Positions 51,278 to 60,832 of a DNA stretch of 64,000 nucleotides are shown piece after piece (the first letter of the stretch is position 1; each line of letters begins with the position of its first letter). Source of the DNA: Candidatus Levyibacteriota bacterium (GTDB lineage: Bacteria > Patescibacteriota > Microgenomatia > Levybacterales > UBA12049); assembly GCA_963790825.1 (NCBI GenBank), contig CAWBPM010000002.1, positions 487,159 through 551,158 on the forward strand. The letters run 5' to 3'. The position numbers and the translations under genes are program-made. The notes below the pieces were generated by a model. It was not told the origin of the DNA and did not search any database. It saw only the letters and a list, made by a program, of their open reading frames with translations.

Positions 51278-52618
51278 ATGAACATTGAACATGAAGCTAC
51301 TGCTTATTCACATGAACATGAACATGAATCAGAGGACTTTACCATGCAAACCCTCAAGCAAATGTATCACCTGCGAAACTTTTGGTTAAATAGTCAACAC
51401 AAGAATCCGGAACCGACTATTTACCCGTTAAAATTTATGGAAACACTTCTCCCAGAGCTTAAGGACCCTAAATCAAGGAATGAATATCTTGCAAGTATTA
51501 CCCAAAAAGTGAGTAGTTCTAGAGTACCCATCGAATACCACGCGGATGCGGTAACTTTGATTCTCGCCACAACAAGTATTAATGGAACGCTTCCAGCCGT
51601 CCATCACGTGGCACAGATGAGACAAGTTCCGACAAAAGAAATCTTGCAGCAAATACACAGCATGCTGGGAACCATGAAATCACGCCCCGCAGCCGGAGAC
51701 GCTTTATATAAATCCTGGTATAATATGAATCCTCTACCTCTAAAAGAAGCAACTCCAAAAGAAAAAATGAGATTCTATAGAAAAAGCGGGCGAAGACCTA
51801 AAATTGATAAATCCGCCGCAATCACCCATTGGCAAGTGAAAAAAGATGAAAGATTCGAAGGAGGTGTTTTTGAACGTAAATTACACATTATTACTTCTCC
51901 TCGCTATATAAAAGACATCCTTACCCCTACAGAATTTAAGTTTATTTCTCTGCGTAACCAAGGACTAACTATCCAAGAAATTGCTAAAATTGCAGGGTTA
52001 AGCGAACATCATGTTAATAAAATCTTGCAAAAGTGTCGAAATAAAGTTGAAACAAGTAGACTTGTACCCGCTGACATTGTAGCCGTACACACTATTAAAG
52101 ATAGTAGTGCTCATAATGCTGCTAGGAATGGTAGGATTAAGATTGCATCATTTTGGGGAAAGCCATATACCACAGAAAGACTTATTGATCGATATATTCA
52201 TTTTCGCAAAAGAGCTCTTGACCAGGAACTGATGAGTAAGGGGTATGTGCCACTCGCTAATGCTACTACGCCAGATATTTACGAAAAAGTACGTCGTGTG
52301 GAAAAAGTGTTTCGTAAATATATCGTGAAACAAGGAGATGTCCTCTATGTTCAACCAGGAGATTTAGAAGTTTGTCGTTCAATTATAGAGAGGCAGGAAG
52401 AAGCAGAAGCCAGCTTAACCAAACAGCACCTTCCCTTGTCTTATTATATTACAAACTCTATAACTACTACGGAGAGAGGTAGATTATTATATGCAATATC
52501 TCGTGGATATCTTCCAGCAATAAAAACAACTTGTGGTTGTTATGTTACACAGCAAGATTATGATAGATACAAAGAGAGTAATGGTACAAAAAGATATTCA
52601 GAAGAGCAAAAAACTTAG
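51278..52618 (+). CDS. Hypothetical DNA-binding protein with a LuxR/sigma-r4-type HTH and possible Xis-like repeats
   Basis: LTPTE...L..QGLTIQEIAKIAGLSEHHVNKILQKCRNK; ATG 51278 follows TGTTACTAT. Confidence 0.65.
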   Translation: MNIEHEATAYSHEHEHESEDFTMQTLKQMYHLRNFWLNSQHKNPEPTIYPLKFMETLLPELKDPKSRNEYLASITQKVSSSRVPIEYHADAVTLILATTSINGTLPAVHHVAQMRQVPTKEILQQIHSMLGTMKSRPAAGDALYKSWYNMNPLPLKEATPKEKMRFYRKSGRRPKIDKSAAITHWQVKKDERFEGGVFERKLHIITSPRYIKDILTPTEFKFISLRNQGLTIQEIAKIAGLSEHHVNKILQKCRNKVETSRLVPADIVAVHTIKDSSAHNAARNGRIKIASFWGKPYTTERLIDRYIHFRKRALDQELMSKGYVPLANATTPDIYEKVRRVEKVFRKYIVKQGDVLYVQPGDLEVCRSIIERQEEAEASLTKQHLPLSYYITNSITTTERGRLLYAISRGYLPAIKTTCGCYVTQQDYDRYKESNGTKRYSEEQKT

Positions 52619-52634
52619 AATTAAAAAAGCCATC

Positions 52635-53738
52635 TTAACTCCCGATCTTAAACTCGACCACATCTCCATCCTGCATGATATAATCCCGTCCTTCAAGTCT
52701 CGCTTTTCCCTGTTCCCGACTTCCTTTCCACCCATTATTCGCGACAAAATCTTTGTACGACACGACTTCTGCTTTAATAAATTTCTTCATAAAATCCGTA
52801 TGGATTTCACCTGACGCCTCAACTGCATTTGCACCTTTTCTAGTCGTCCAGGCTTTCGTTTCCTTCTCTCCTGTTGTAAGAAAAGAAATCAATCCCAATT
52901 CTCCGTATGCTTTCTGAATCAAACGCTCAAGTCCTGAAGTTGAAAAACCTAATTCGTGCAAATATGCCTTTTGTTCCTCATCAGACAATGCGGCTATATC
53001 GGATTCGATTTTCGCGCTGATTACGACGAAATGGGTTTGGGACAATTGCAAAAGGTCTGCATATCTCTGTATAATCCTTTCATCATTTACAGGAGAATAT
53101 TCGTCTTCGTCAACGTTTAGAAGTACCAATTCCGGCTTACGTGTTAATAAAAACAAAGTCTTAATATATTCATCTTCTTCCTCATCAAATTTAATATCCC
53201 TTGCAGGTCCACCGATATTTAAAGCTTCAATCAATTTATCAATTCCCCGTTTTTCTATATCCGAAACGTTACGCTTTTGTCTGCTTTGCACATTTTGCGC
53301 TGTCTGAAGATCTGCCAGAATCAATTCCGTTTGCACAGTGGCATAATCACTTTCCGGATCATTGCTTCCTTCCCTGATGATATCTTCATCGGTAAAAGCG
53401 CGCACCACATGACAGATTACAGATACTTCACGAATGTGGGATAAAAATTTATTCCCCAATCCCGCCCCCTCCGCTGCGCCTTTTACTAGACCTGCAATGT
53501 CAACAAATTCGATAGTCGCGGGTTTAAGTGGCGGTAATACCGGCATCTTTTCTTCCTCTTTCGTAATCTCTGCTAATTTATACAACCGCGAATCAGGTAC
53601 AGCTACTACTCCGATATTAGGTTCTATAGTTGCGAATGGATAATTCGCAGCCAAAGCCAGCTGCTTTTTTAAAAGCGCATTAAATAATGTCGACTTCCCA
53701 ACATTGGGTAACCCCACTATCCCAACAGAAAGATTCAT
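52635..53738 (-). CDS. ychF: Ribosome-binding ATPase YchF
   Basis: GIVGLPNVGKST, ANYPFATIEPN, VDIAGLV, GLGNKFL, C-terminal TGS; ATG 53738 follows TGCTATAAT. Confidence 0.97.
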   Translation of the reverse strand: MNLSVGIVGLPNVGKSTLFNALLKKQLALAANYPFATIEPNIGVVAVPDSRLYKLAEITKEEEKMPVLPPLKPATIEFVDIAGLVKGAAEGAGLGNKFLSHIREVSVICHVVRAFTDEDIIREGSNDPESDYATVQTELILADLQTAQNVQSRQKRNVSDIEKRGIDKLIEALNIGGPARDIKFDEEEDEYIKTLFLLTRKPELVLLNVDEDEYSPVNDERIIQRYADLLQLSQTHFVVISAKIESDIAALSDEEQKAYLHELGFSTSGLERLIQKAYGELGLISFLTTGEKETKAWTTRKGANAVEASGEIHTDFMKKFIKAEVVSYKDFVANNGWKGSREQGKARLEGRDYIMQDGDVVEFKIGS

Positions 53739-53777
53739 AAGGAGATTATAGCAGAAAATTATTAGTAAAAACTTACT

Positions 53778-54859
53778 TGTATGCGTCACGCACTTATTGG
53801 AATCTTGGCTTGTATAAAGGACATAGGCGACATGTATTTAAGCGAAGCATGTGGCCTCTTATAGTTATACCAGTATAAATACTTTGTGAGCTTTTTTGCA
53901 AATGCTTCTGAGTCATAGTAAATCTCGTCATTTCTTAAAATGAATTCCTCCTGGATTGTCCGATTGAATCTCTCAATGTAACTATTAATCTTTGGCATTC
54001 TGGGATAGATAAATTGATGTTTAATTTTCTGTTCAACTATATACTCATGGAATGATTTGAGAAACTCTGATCCATTATCTGTTTGGATTGTATGAATCGG
54101 TGTTGGATTATTGCACTGGAACTGCTTAAAAACCTCTCTTGCTGTTACTGAGGAGAGATCCGGTACATATACAACTAAGGCAAATTTTGTGTAAATATCA
54201 ATCACACACATAAACAAATGTTTCTCAAAATTGATATAGACAACTACTGAATCCATCTCAATAAATCCAGGAGAAACTACCTTAGGAGACTTTCTCACTC
54301 TTAGCTTTTTGAACTTGTTTTTTTGTTTCTGTGGGTAGACTTTCTTCTCAAATGTTAAGTGACGTCTTTTAAGTACTTTCCCAATAGTACTTTCTGCCAA
54401 GGTCTTAATACCCAGCTCTTTGGCATACGCATCAACAAAGGGCTTGAGCATACTTTTACCAATATTCCCATGCTCATGCCTCATCTCTCTAATGAACTCA
54501 ATTATTCTCCAGTCTGTCTCCATCTTTCGCACATGGAGAGGTCTAGTTCCGTGTGGCACTAAACTGATTGTCCTTTTTCCGTTGTGTTCATAAGCATTTC
54601 TCCAGTTGTATAAGCTGCTCTTCTTTATTTTGAATGCAGCAAGGGTTGGACGCAGTCCATACTTGTAGTAGTGATTAATCACGTGAAGGCGAAAAGCAGC
54701 TACATCGGATACTTCAACTGCTAATGAATTCTGGAGCATTTTCATCAGTATATGATAGCTCTTTTGTGAGTATTTTGGTCGTAAATGTCTTACTCGTTTA
54801 AAATCACTTGGCATAGAATCTTCTTCCTTAAGATTCCAATATGTATCGTGACTTATTCA
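53778..54859 (-). mobile_element. Complete 1082-bp IS481-like insertion sequence
   Basis: Imperfect terminal IRs TGTATGCGTCACGCACTTATTGGAATCTT / TGAATAAGTCACGATACATATTGGAATCTT; TTACT target duplication at 53773-77 and 54860-64. Confidence 0.88.
53786..54814 (-). CDS. DDE (rve integrase core) transposase
   Basis: Single ORF: N-terminal HTH, EMDS, IDIYTK, QTDNGSEF, IERFNRT, YNYKRPHASL. Confidence 0.93.
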   Translation of the reverse strand: MPSDFKRVRHLRPKYSQKSYHILMKMLQNSLAVEVSDVAAFRLHVINHYYKYGLRPTLAAFKIKKSSLYNWRNAYEHNGKRTISLVPHGTRPLHVRKMETDWRIIEFIREMRHEHGNIGKSMLKPFVDAYAKELGIKTLAESTIGKVLKRRHLTFEKKVYPQKQKNKFKKLRVRKSPKVVSPGFIEMDSVVVYINFEKHLFMCVIDIYTKFALVVYVPDLSSVTAREVFKQFQCNNPTPIHTIQTDNGSEFLKSFHEYIVEQKIKHQFIYPRMPKINSYIERFNRTIQEEFILRNDEIYYDSEAFAKKLTKYLYWYNYKRPHASLKYMSPMSFIQAKIPISA

Positions 54860-54943
54860 TTACTTTCTATAACTCTCACTTTTCCACTTCCAATGTGGAA
54901 TCGCTCATTATATAGATCACATTCCAGGTGCTATAATCACGGC

Positions 54944-55952
54944 ATGAAAGAAGGAGAAAATATCTTGAAAGAAGCAATAAACCCGATGCAAATACAACAA
55001 ATCCTAAGAGGGATATCTGAGACCTCAATCAATGTTGGAGATATTACCCAGATTAAATCTGGATAATTCAACACTACTTTTAAAGTAGAACTAGAAAATA
55101 ATAGTCCTCTTATTTTAAGGATTGCACCTCACGACTCACAAGAAACCTATAGACATGAGAAGAATCTGCGTGAATACTCTGTGCAACCCCACCTTTTATC
55201 TGTCTGCAGACTTATCCCACAGATTATATATGCAGACTTCTCAAAAGAAATAATTAATAGAAATTTTCGATTCAGTCTTTTATTGATGGCATAACACTTG
55301 ATGAGTCTTCCACATCGAATATTGATGCATCTGTCCAACTTTGGAAAGAAATAGTTGAAATCTCAGCACAAATAAGTAATGCAACAAATAAAGACTTTGG
55401 TTTTCCAGATCCATTCACAAGACATAATACATGGTCAGGTGCTCTTTCAAACATATTAGTTGGAATGATAGATGATCTATCTTCATATAATATGCCAACT
55501 CAATATTCCAAAGAAGTCTTAAAAGCTATTTCCGCTAATCAAAACGTATTAGATGAAATCTCCATACCTAGACTAGTCCATGGAGACTTATGGCCTGAAA
55601 ATATATTATTATCTCAAGATCAGTCAAAGGTAATAGGTGTCCTTGACTATGAGCGGGCATTCTGGGGGGGATCCAGATGCAGAATGGATTTGGGCTGGGA
55701 GAATTTGGAGGTAAAAAGGCAAAAGCGAATCATATTTTCAGATGCGGACTATTCTCTGCTGATTTTTCAGATATACCTAAAGAAATATTTGAAAACATTA
55801 ATGAGGCGGATAAAGGAAGGAGAACTAGAAACAATATATATTTAGGCGTATATCTTTCACAAAGGCTATTGGAGTCTCAAAGATACCCACGGGACGAAGA
55901 ATGGATCGAAAAAGAATTTATAAAAATTATAGATGATTCAAGAACTTACTAG
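54944..55952 (+). pseudogene. Decayed aminoglycoside-phosphotransferase/choline-kinase-like gene
   Basis: G*FNTTF..LILRIAP, LVHGDLWPENIL, VLDYERAFWG-DP spread over several frames; TAA at 55064-66 and frameshifts near 55270, 55664-70 and ~55700. Confidence 0.85.
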
Positions 55953-56320
55953 TCCGACACTTTATCTTTTTTAAATAATTTTCTATGATTCTCCCCATGT
56001 AAAACCTGCTTGATTACAAAAAAGCTCACGGAAGAATTACTTTCGTTCGCAATAGCATGTGAACTAGCCCCAAACTCTATTACATCACCAGGAGCAAGAA
56101 TTTGTGATTTTTCCTTATTATTTTCTATCCACTTTACGGTTAGTTCCCCATCAATAACATATAACGTTTCCCAAATTTCTTCATGGTGATGCCACGATTG
56201 ACTTGTACCCGATCGGAGTTCATTCGCATGCAATTCATATTCATCAAACAAAAAGTAATTAACATTTGTACCGTCTGGTCTCTTCACAAAGACTCCTTCA
56301 TCTTTTCTTATCATCTTCAT
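55949..56320 (-). CDS. Cupin domain protein
   Basis: WHHHEEIWETLYVIDGEL, LAPGDVI...HAIAN. Confidence 0.85.
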   Translation of the reverse strand: MKMIRKDEGVFVKRPDGTNVNYFLFDEYELHANELRSGTSQSWHHHEEIWETLYVIDGELTVKWIENNKEKSQILAPGDVIEFGASSHAIANESNSSVSFFVIKQVLHGENHRKLFKKDKVSD

Positions 56321-56567
56321 TGCAACTAAATTGTATCATATATACTAAAGGGGAAATGGTTTATAAAATATGTTTATATTATGTGAGGATATTGCTTGCT
56401 CTATCTTAACTAATCTATTTTTTCTACAATTATTCTGGCTTTTCTTAAAGGAGGTAAGCGTAATTTGAAGCTGAACGGGACAAATTGTGGGTTTATGTCC
56501 TGCCAGTTCCTACACTAAGATTCTACGCTAAGATTCATGCTGAAGAGATTATATCATGGAAGTTTAA

Positions 56568-57206
56568 TTATCGTGTCTTGGTATACACGACCATTTTCGC
56601 AGACATTCCGTTTTTTATATCAGCGTATAGAGCCGAATCAAATTTGGCATAAATAGTAAATTGCTGCGTGGGACGTTCGGTCGAAGTCGAAAAAGAAAAT
56701 GCGCTCGCATTTGCAGCCGGTGCTATTTCATCGATATACCCCCAGTATGTGTTACCAGGCAGCGCATCGACAGTAAATGAAACTGCTTGTCCAACCCGGA
56801 TATCATTTAGTCCTTTATTTTCATCAATTGTACCGGCAACCCTCAGGTTAACAGGCCGGATCATTTGGATAAGTTGTGCTTGCGGATTTACTGTTGATCC
56901 TGTCAGATCACTTGCCGATATAATAAGACCATCTTCGGGGGCACGAAGTGTTTCCGAACCAACTACAGCCAGCGTATCACCGCTTTGAACGGTTTGTCCT
57001 TCTTTGACATCAATTTCCTCAACCTTACCCGCGTAGGAAGGAGAAACAATAATAACCGGTGCCTGTATAAGTGAGTTATCAATATATATCCTGCCGGTTG
57101 TTTCCTGGAAAAAAATAAATAAACCGGTAAGAAGAATCAGCAGACACACAGTACCTGTAATTTTCAAAAATTTCCGATTTTTAAAGAGAGAAAATATTTT
57201 TTTCAT
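56568..57206 (-). CDS. HlyD/EmrA-like adaptor protein (short, no hairpin)
   Basis: TM, GKVEEIDVKEGQTVQSGD, LRAPEDG, IRVGQAVSFTVDA, GMSA. Confidence 0.8.
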   Translation of the reverse strand: MKKIFSLFKNRKFLKITGTVCLLILLTGLFIFFQETTGRIYIDNSLIQAPVIIVSPSYAGKVEEIDVKEGQTVQSGDTLAVVGSETLRAPEDGLIISASDLTGSTVNPQAQLIQMIRPVNLRVAGTIDENKGLNDIRVGQAVSFTVDALPGNTYWGYIDEIAPAANASAFSFSTSTERPTQQFTIYAKFDSALYADIKNGMSAKMVVYTKTR

Positions 57207-58333
57207 AGCAATGGATATTTGAGAGATTGTAAATATTTCGGATCAACTATAATTTTGTCATTTGACGATAATCCACTCGTGACTTCTATTTCGTTTCCGT
57301 GAATCTTTCCGGCAGTTACTTGTTTTAACTGCGGGGTTCCGTTATTGTCAACCCAGATATATTTGCCGGCAAGCACAGTCCATGCCGGAACTAGCGCTAC
57401 GTTTTCGGAATTAGTACTGATTATTGCTGTACCTGTCTCATCCAGTTTTGCAAGTTTTTTTAATTCATCACTTGCAACATCAATCTGGTAAACTGCTTCA
57501 CCGCTTGGTAAAATGACTTTTGACGGATATATTTTAATTACTGTACCAGTTATTTTATTTTGCAAGCCGTCTATTGCAAGTGTAACAGTGTTTCCTTCGG
57601 AGATGTAGTAAATATTTTCCGTTGGTACGTTTGCGCGAAAAACCATAGTATTCGGATCGGCAACCGAAAACGCGGTAGACGGCGTAACATTTACTCCTGA
57701 GGTAGTTACGTCCTCGTGTGTCACGACTCCGTCAATCGGAGAAGTGAGCGTCGCAAGCTGCAGTGCGTAATTAGCAAGATCAACGTTAAGCTGCGCAGAA
57801 TTCTGCGTAAGCAAGCTGTTATCTACAAATCTTTTTACTGCATCATCAATGACCTGTACTTCCGTTATACTGGTGTTGTAGTTATTTTTATTAGCTGTAT
57901 CGAGTGATAATCTTTGCTGCCCATTAACAACTCCTGCTTGGTTATTCTCCTGGGTTTGATCATTGTCATTACTGGCTATTTCGTAAGCGTTTGCCGCAAG
58001 CTGCAATTGTCTCTGAAGCGCATAGGTATCAAGCCGCGCAACCACTTGCCCCTGCGTTACTTTATCTCCTTCTTTTACCGGTAAAGCCGTTAGCTTACCA
58101 CCTGCTTGGAAATGCAGCGTTGCTTGATCTTGGGCTGTGACGGATCCATCAGCGGTAACTGTTGAATTTACAAATTTTACAGAAACCGACGTTGAAGGTT
58201 CGGTAATGGATCTTTGTGATGTTGAAGCACCTGCGTTTTTCGAATAGACAAAAATTCCAGCTCCGATAATAAGAAGAAGAATTATTACTAATATAATTTT
58301 CCCCGTACCCTTTTTTTGTTCTTTACTTTTCAT
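57203..58333 (-). CDS. Efflux membrane-fusion (periplasmic adaptor) protein
   Basis: TM, GKLTALPVKEGDKV, LTSPIDGVV, IEVTSGL..DKII. Confidence 0.88.
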   Translation of the reverse strand: MKSKEQKKGTGKIILVIILLLIIGAGIFVYSKNAGASTSQRSITEPSTSVSVKFVNSTVTADGSVTAQDQATLHFQAGGKLTALPVKEGDKVTQGQVVARLDTYALQRQLQLAANAYEIASNDNDQTQENNQAGVVNGQQRLSLDTANKNNYNTSITEVQVIDDAVKRFVDNSLLTQNSAQLNVDLANYALQLATLTSPIDGVVTHEDVTTSGVNVTPSTAFSVADPNTMVFRANVPTENIYYISEGNTVTLAIDGLQNKITGTVIKIYPSKVILPSGEAVYQIDVASDELKKLAKLDETGTAIISTNSENVALVPAWTVLAGKYIWVDNNGTPQLKQVTAGKIHGNEIEVTSGLSSNDKIIVDPKYLQSLKYPLL

Positions 58334-58424
58334 TTAGGCAGTTTAATTTGTTAACTAATATTCCAGTATTCGACTGGTAAAAAGCTATCACATCAATTGT
58401 AGCATCTTTTATGAAAACTTAATG

Positions 58425-58865
58425 CTACTTACTTTCCGCTTTTAATATTTCTACCAGGTTCGAATGAATACGAATTAGTTCCATCAAATCCTTTTCCGGG
58501 ACTTTTTGAAAGATTTTCCCCATTTTATCCATAACTTTCTTCTTCAAATCTATAATATTCTGTTCGCCTGTCGGTGTTATGGCAATGTGAATAATCCTTC
58601 TGTCAGTTTTATCATTCACTTTTCCAATGAAACCCATCTTAACCATTCTTTCTATGAGCTGTGTCGCGGAAGACTTTGACAGCTTCAAATGACCCGCAAG
58701 ATTTCCGATACTGCTGTTTTTATTTGATTTTAAAAACATAAGTGCAGAAAATTGCATCATTGTAGCTATTTTTTCTTCGTTAGATTCCTGATTTTGGGTT
58801 CCAATAAATTTACGAAGCTGCCACATTGTGTTGAATAGCTGATCTATATATCGTTGCTTATCCAT
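58425..58865 (-). CDS. MarR family transcriptional regulator
   Basis: LAGHLKLSKSSATQLIERMVKMG, DRRII.I..T..G. Confidence 0.9.
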   Translation of the reverse strand: MDKQRYIDQLFNTMWQLRKFIGTQNQESNEEKIATMMQFSALMFLKSNKNSSIGNLAGHLKLSKSSATQLIERMVKMGFIGKVNDKTDRRIIHIAITPTGEQNIIDLKKKVMDKMGKIFQKVPEKDLMELIRIHSNLVEILKAESK

Positions 58866-58881
58866 ATTCCTATTGAGTTAA

Positions 58882-58918
58882 ACTGATATATAGTTTAACA
58901 TATAAACTATATATCAGT
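58882..58918. promoter_or_regulatory. Perfect 16-bp inverted repeat, likely MarR operator over the marR promoter
   Basis: ACTGATATATAGTTTA-ACATA-TAAACTATATATCAGT; overlaps minus-strand TTGACT (58916-21) and TAAACT. Confidence 0.8.
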
Positions 58919-59002
58919 CAAGATGAGTATGAGATTTTTGCTTTTTCTGATAAATTTATTATATATATTGATTAGGTAAATTGGAAAAATATATAAGTAA
59001 AC

Positions 59003-60736
59003 ATGATTAAACTCTTACGATTTTTAGAACCATACCAAACTCTATTGGTATTTATTTTTGTTCTTGCCGTCGGGCAATCCGTAGCCAATCTGTATCTGCC
59101 CAATTTAATGTCTGATATCGTGAATAACGGAATTGCTGCTTTTGACACTAACTATATATGGAGAACGGGAGGCATTATGCTGCTGGTTACGATTGGAGGC
59201 ACAATTTGTGCTGTTGTAGGAGTTTATTACGCGTCCCGAGTCGCAACAGGAATGTGTAAAACTATCCGTGCTCAAATTTTCGACAAGGTTCAACGTTTTT
59301 CACTGCAGGAATTTGATAAAGTGAGCACTGCTTCGCTTATCACACGCACTACGAATGACACGACACAAATTCAGCAGGTCATGGTAATGATACTGGGTAT
59401 GTTGATCACTGCTCCTATCACGTTGGTTGCCGGCATAATTCTGGCTTTAAATCAGGACGTCGGGCTGTCCTGGATTTTGGTGGCGATCACGCCGGTGCTG
59501 GTTATCGTTATACTAGTACTACTTGTAAAAGCTGTTCCGCTGTTCACCGTGATGCAGGTGAAGCTTGATAAATTGAATCTTATATTGGATGAGAATTTGA
59601 CCGGTGTACGGGTGATCCGGGCTTTTAATCGCATAAAACATGAGGAAGCACGGTTTGATGTGGCTAATCGTGATGTAACAAACGTTGCTATCAGAGTAAA
59701 TCAGATGGTGTCATTTATGATGCCGATTATGATGCTCCTGATTAACGTCTCCAGCGTAGCTATTATCTGGTTCGGAAGCAAGCGGGTTGCGGGCGGTGAT
59801 TTGCAGATTGGCGCAATGTTTGCTTTCATGCAGTATGCCGTCCAGATTCTTTTCTCACTTTTAATGGTTGCGCTTTTATTTATCATGATTCCGCGCGCAC
59901 AGGCTTCTGCAACCAGAATTAACGAGGTGCTGGATATGGAACCCGAAATTAAGGACCCCAAACAGACCAAGGAGGAGACGCCGCTGCAAGGGTACGTCGA
60001 ATTTCGTGACGTGACATTTCGCTATCCCGGCGCGGAAAATCCAGCCCTCTCTGATATATCCTTTAAAACCTCACCGGGTACGACTACGGCTATTATTGGC
60101 GGTACCGGTTCGGGTAAATCCACCCTGATCAACCTTATTCCGCGTTTTTATGATGTGGAAAAAGGACAGGTGCTGGTTGATGGCATCGAGACCCGGGATA
60201 TGTCACAGGAGTATTTGCGTGCAAAAATCGGTTTTGTACCGCAGAAGGCTGTGTTGTTTGCAGGAACGATTAACAAGAATATCCTCTACGGTAAGGAAGA
60301 TGCAACTGACAGCGAAATCAGACACGCGGCTGACGTAGCACAGGCCAGTGAATTTATCGAAAAAATGCCTGATAAATTTAATTCTTTAATCGCCCAAGGC
60401 GGGACAAATGTATCAGGAGGACAAATGCAGCGTCTCTCAATTGCCAGAGCATTAGTTCGAAAACCGGAAATTTACATATTCGACGACACTTTTTCAGCCC
60501 TTGACTTCAAAACCGACGCTAAGTTACGCGCTGCTCTTAAAGGAGAAATTCGTAAAGCGACAGTGCTGATTGTAGCCCAAAGGGTCAGCACGGTTGTGGA
60601 TGCAGACCAGATTATTGTTTTGGATGATGGACGTATCGCAGGTATCGGCAAGCACCATGATTTGATGAAAACCTGTGATGTTTATCGGGGAATTGTGACT
60701 TCACAGTTGTCAGCAGCAGAAATTGCTGAAGAATGA
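59003..60736 (+). CDS. Heterodimeric ABC exporter, degenerate-site subunit
   Basis: TMD; GGTGSGKST, VSGGQ, IFDD (catalytic Glu replaced by Asp), AQR (His replaced by Gln). Confidence 0.93.
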   Translation: MIKLLRFLEPYQTLLVFIFVLAVGQSVANLYLPNLMSDIVNNGIAAFDTNYIWRTGGIMLLVTIGGTICAVVGVYYASRVATGMCKTIRAQIFDKVQRFSLQEFDKVSTASLITRTTNDTTQIQQVMVMILGMLITAPITLVAGIILALNQDVGLSWILVAITPVLVIVILVLLVKAVPLFTVMQVKLDKLNLILDENLTGVRVIRAFNRIKHEEARFDVANRDVTNVAIRVNQMVSFMMPIMMLLINVSSVAIIWFGSKRVAGGDLQIGAMFAFMQYAVQILFSLLMVALLFIMIPRAQASATRINEVLDMEPEIKDPKQTKEETPLQGYVEFRDVTFRYPGAENPALSDISFKTSPGTTTAIIGGTGSGKSTLINLIPRFYDVEKGQVLVDGIETRDMSQEYLRAKIGFVPQKAVLFAGTINKNILYGKEDATDSEIRHAADVAQASEFIEKMPDKFNSLIAQGGTNVSGGQMQRLSIARALVRKPEIYIFDDTFSALDFKTDAKLRAALKGEIRKATVLIVAQRVSTVVDADQIIVLDDGRIAGIGKHHDLMKTCDVYRGIVTSQLSAAEIAEE

Positions 60737-60832
60737 AGCTCCCTGGGTTTAGACCCAAGGTATCTTCATCTTTGCTTCGTTGGGAGCGGAATCCCTCCGA
60801 AGCACCACTGAACGGGGCGAAGGGGGATAAAT
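60734..60832. repeat. GC-rich multi-hairpin intergenic element
   Basis: TGGGT/ACCCA and GCTTCG/CGAAGC stems; 3' end GCGAAGGGGGATAAA matches the reverse complement of 31093-31107 at 14/15. Confidence 0.55.

Noticed and set aside
55064-55066. Stop-codon reassignment or read-through
   Set aside because: TAA, TAG and TGA all end conserved genes normally in this window; this stop is in a pseudogene.
55664-55670. G7 tract as a phase-variation switch
   Set aside because: The gene has an in-frame stop and other frameshifts, so changing the tract would not restore it.
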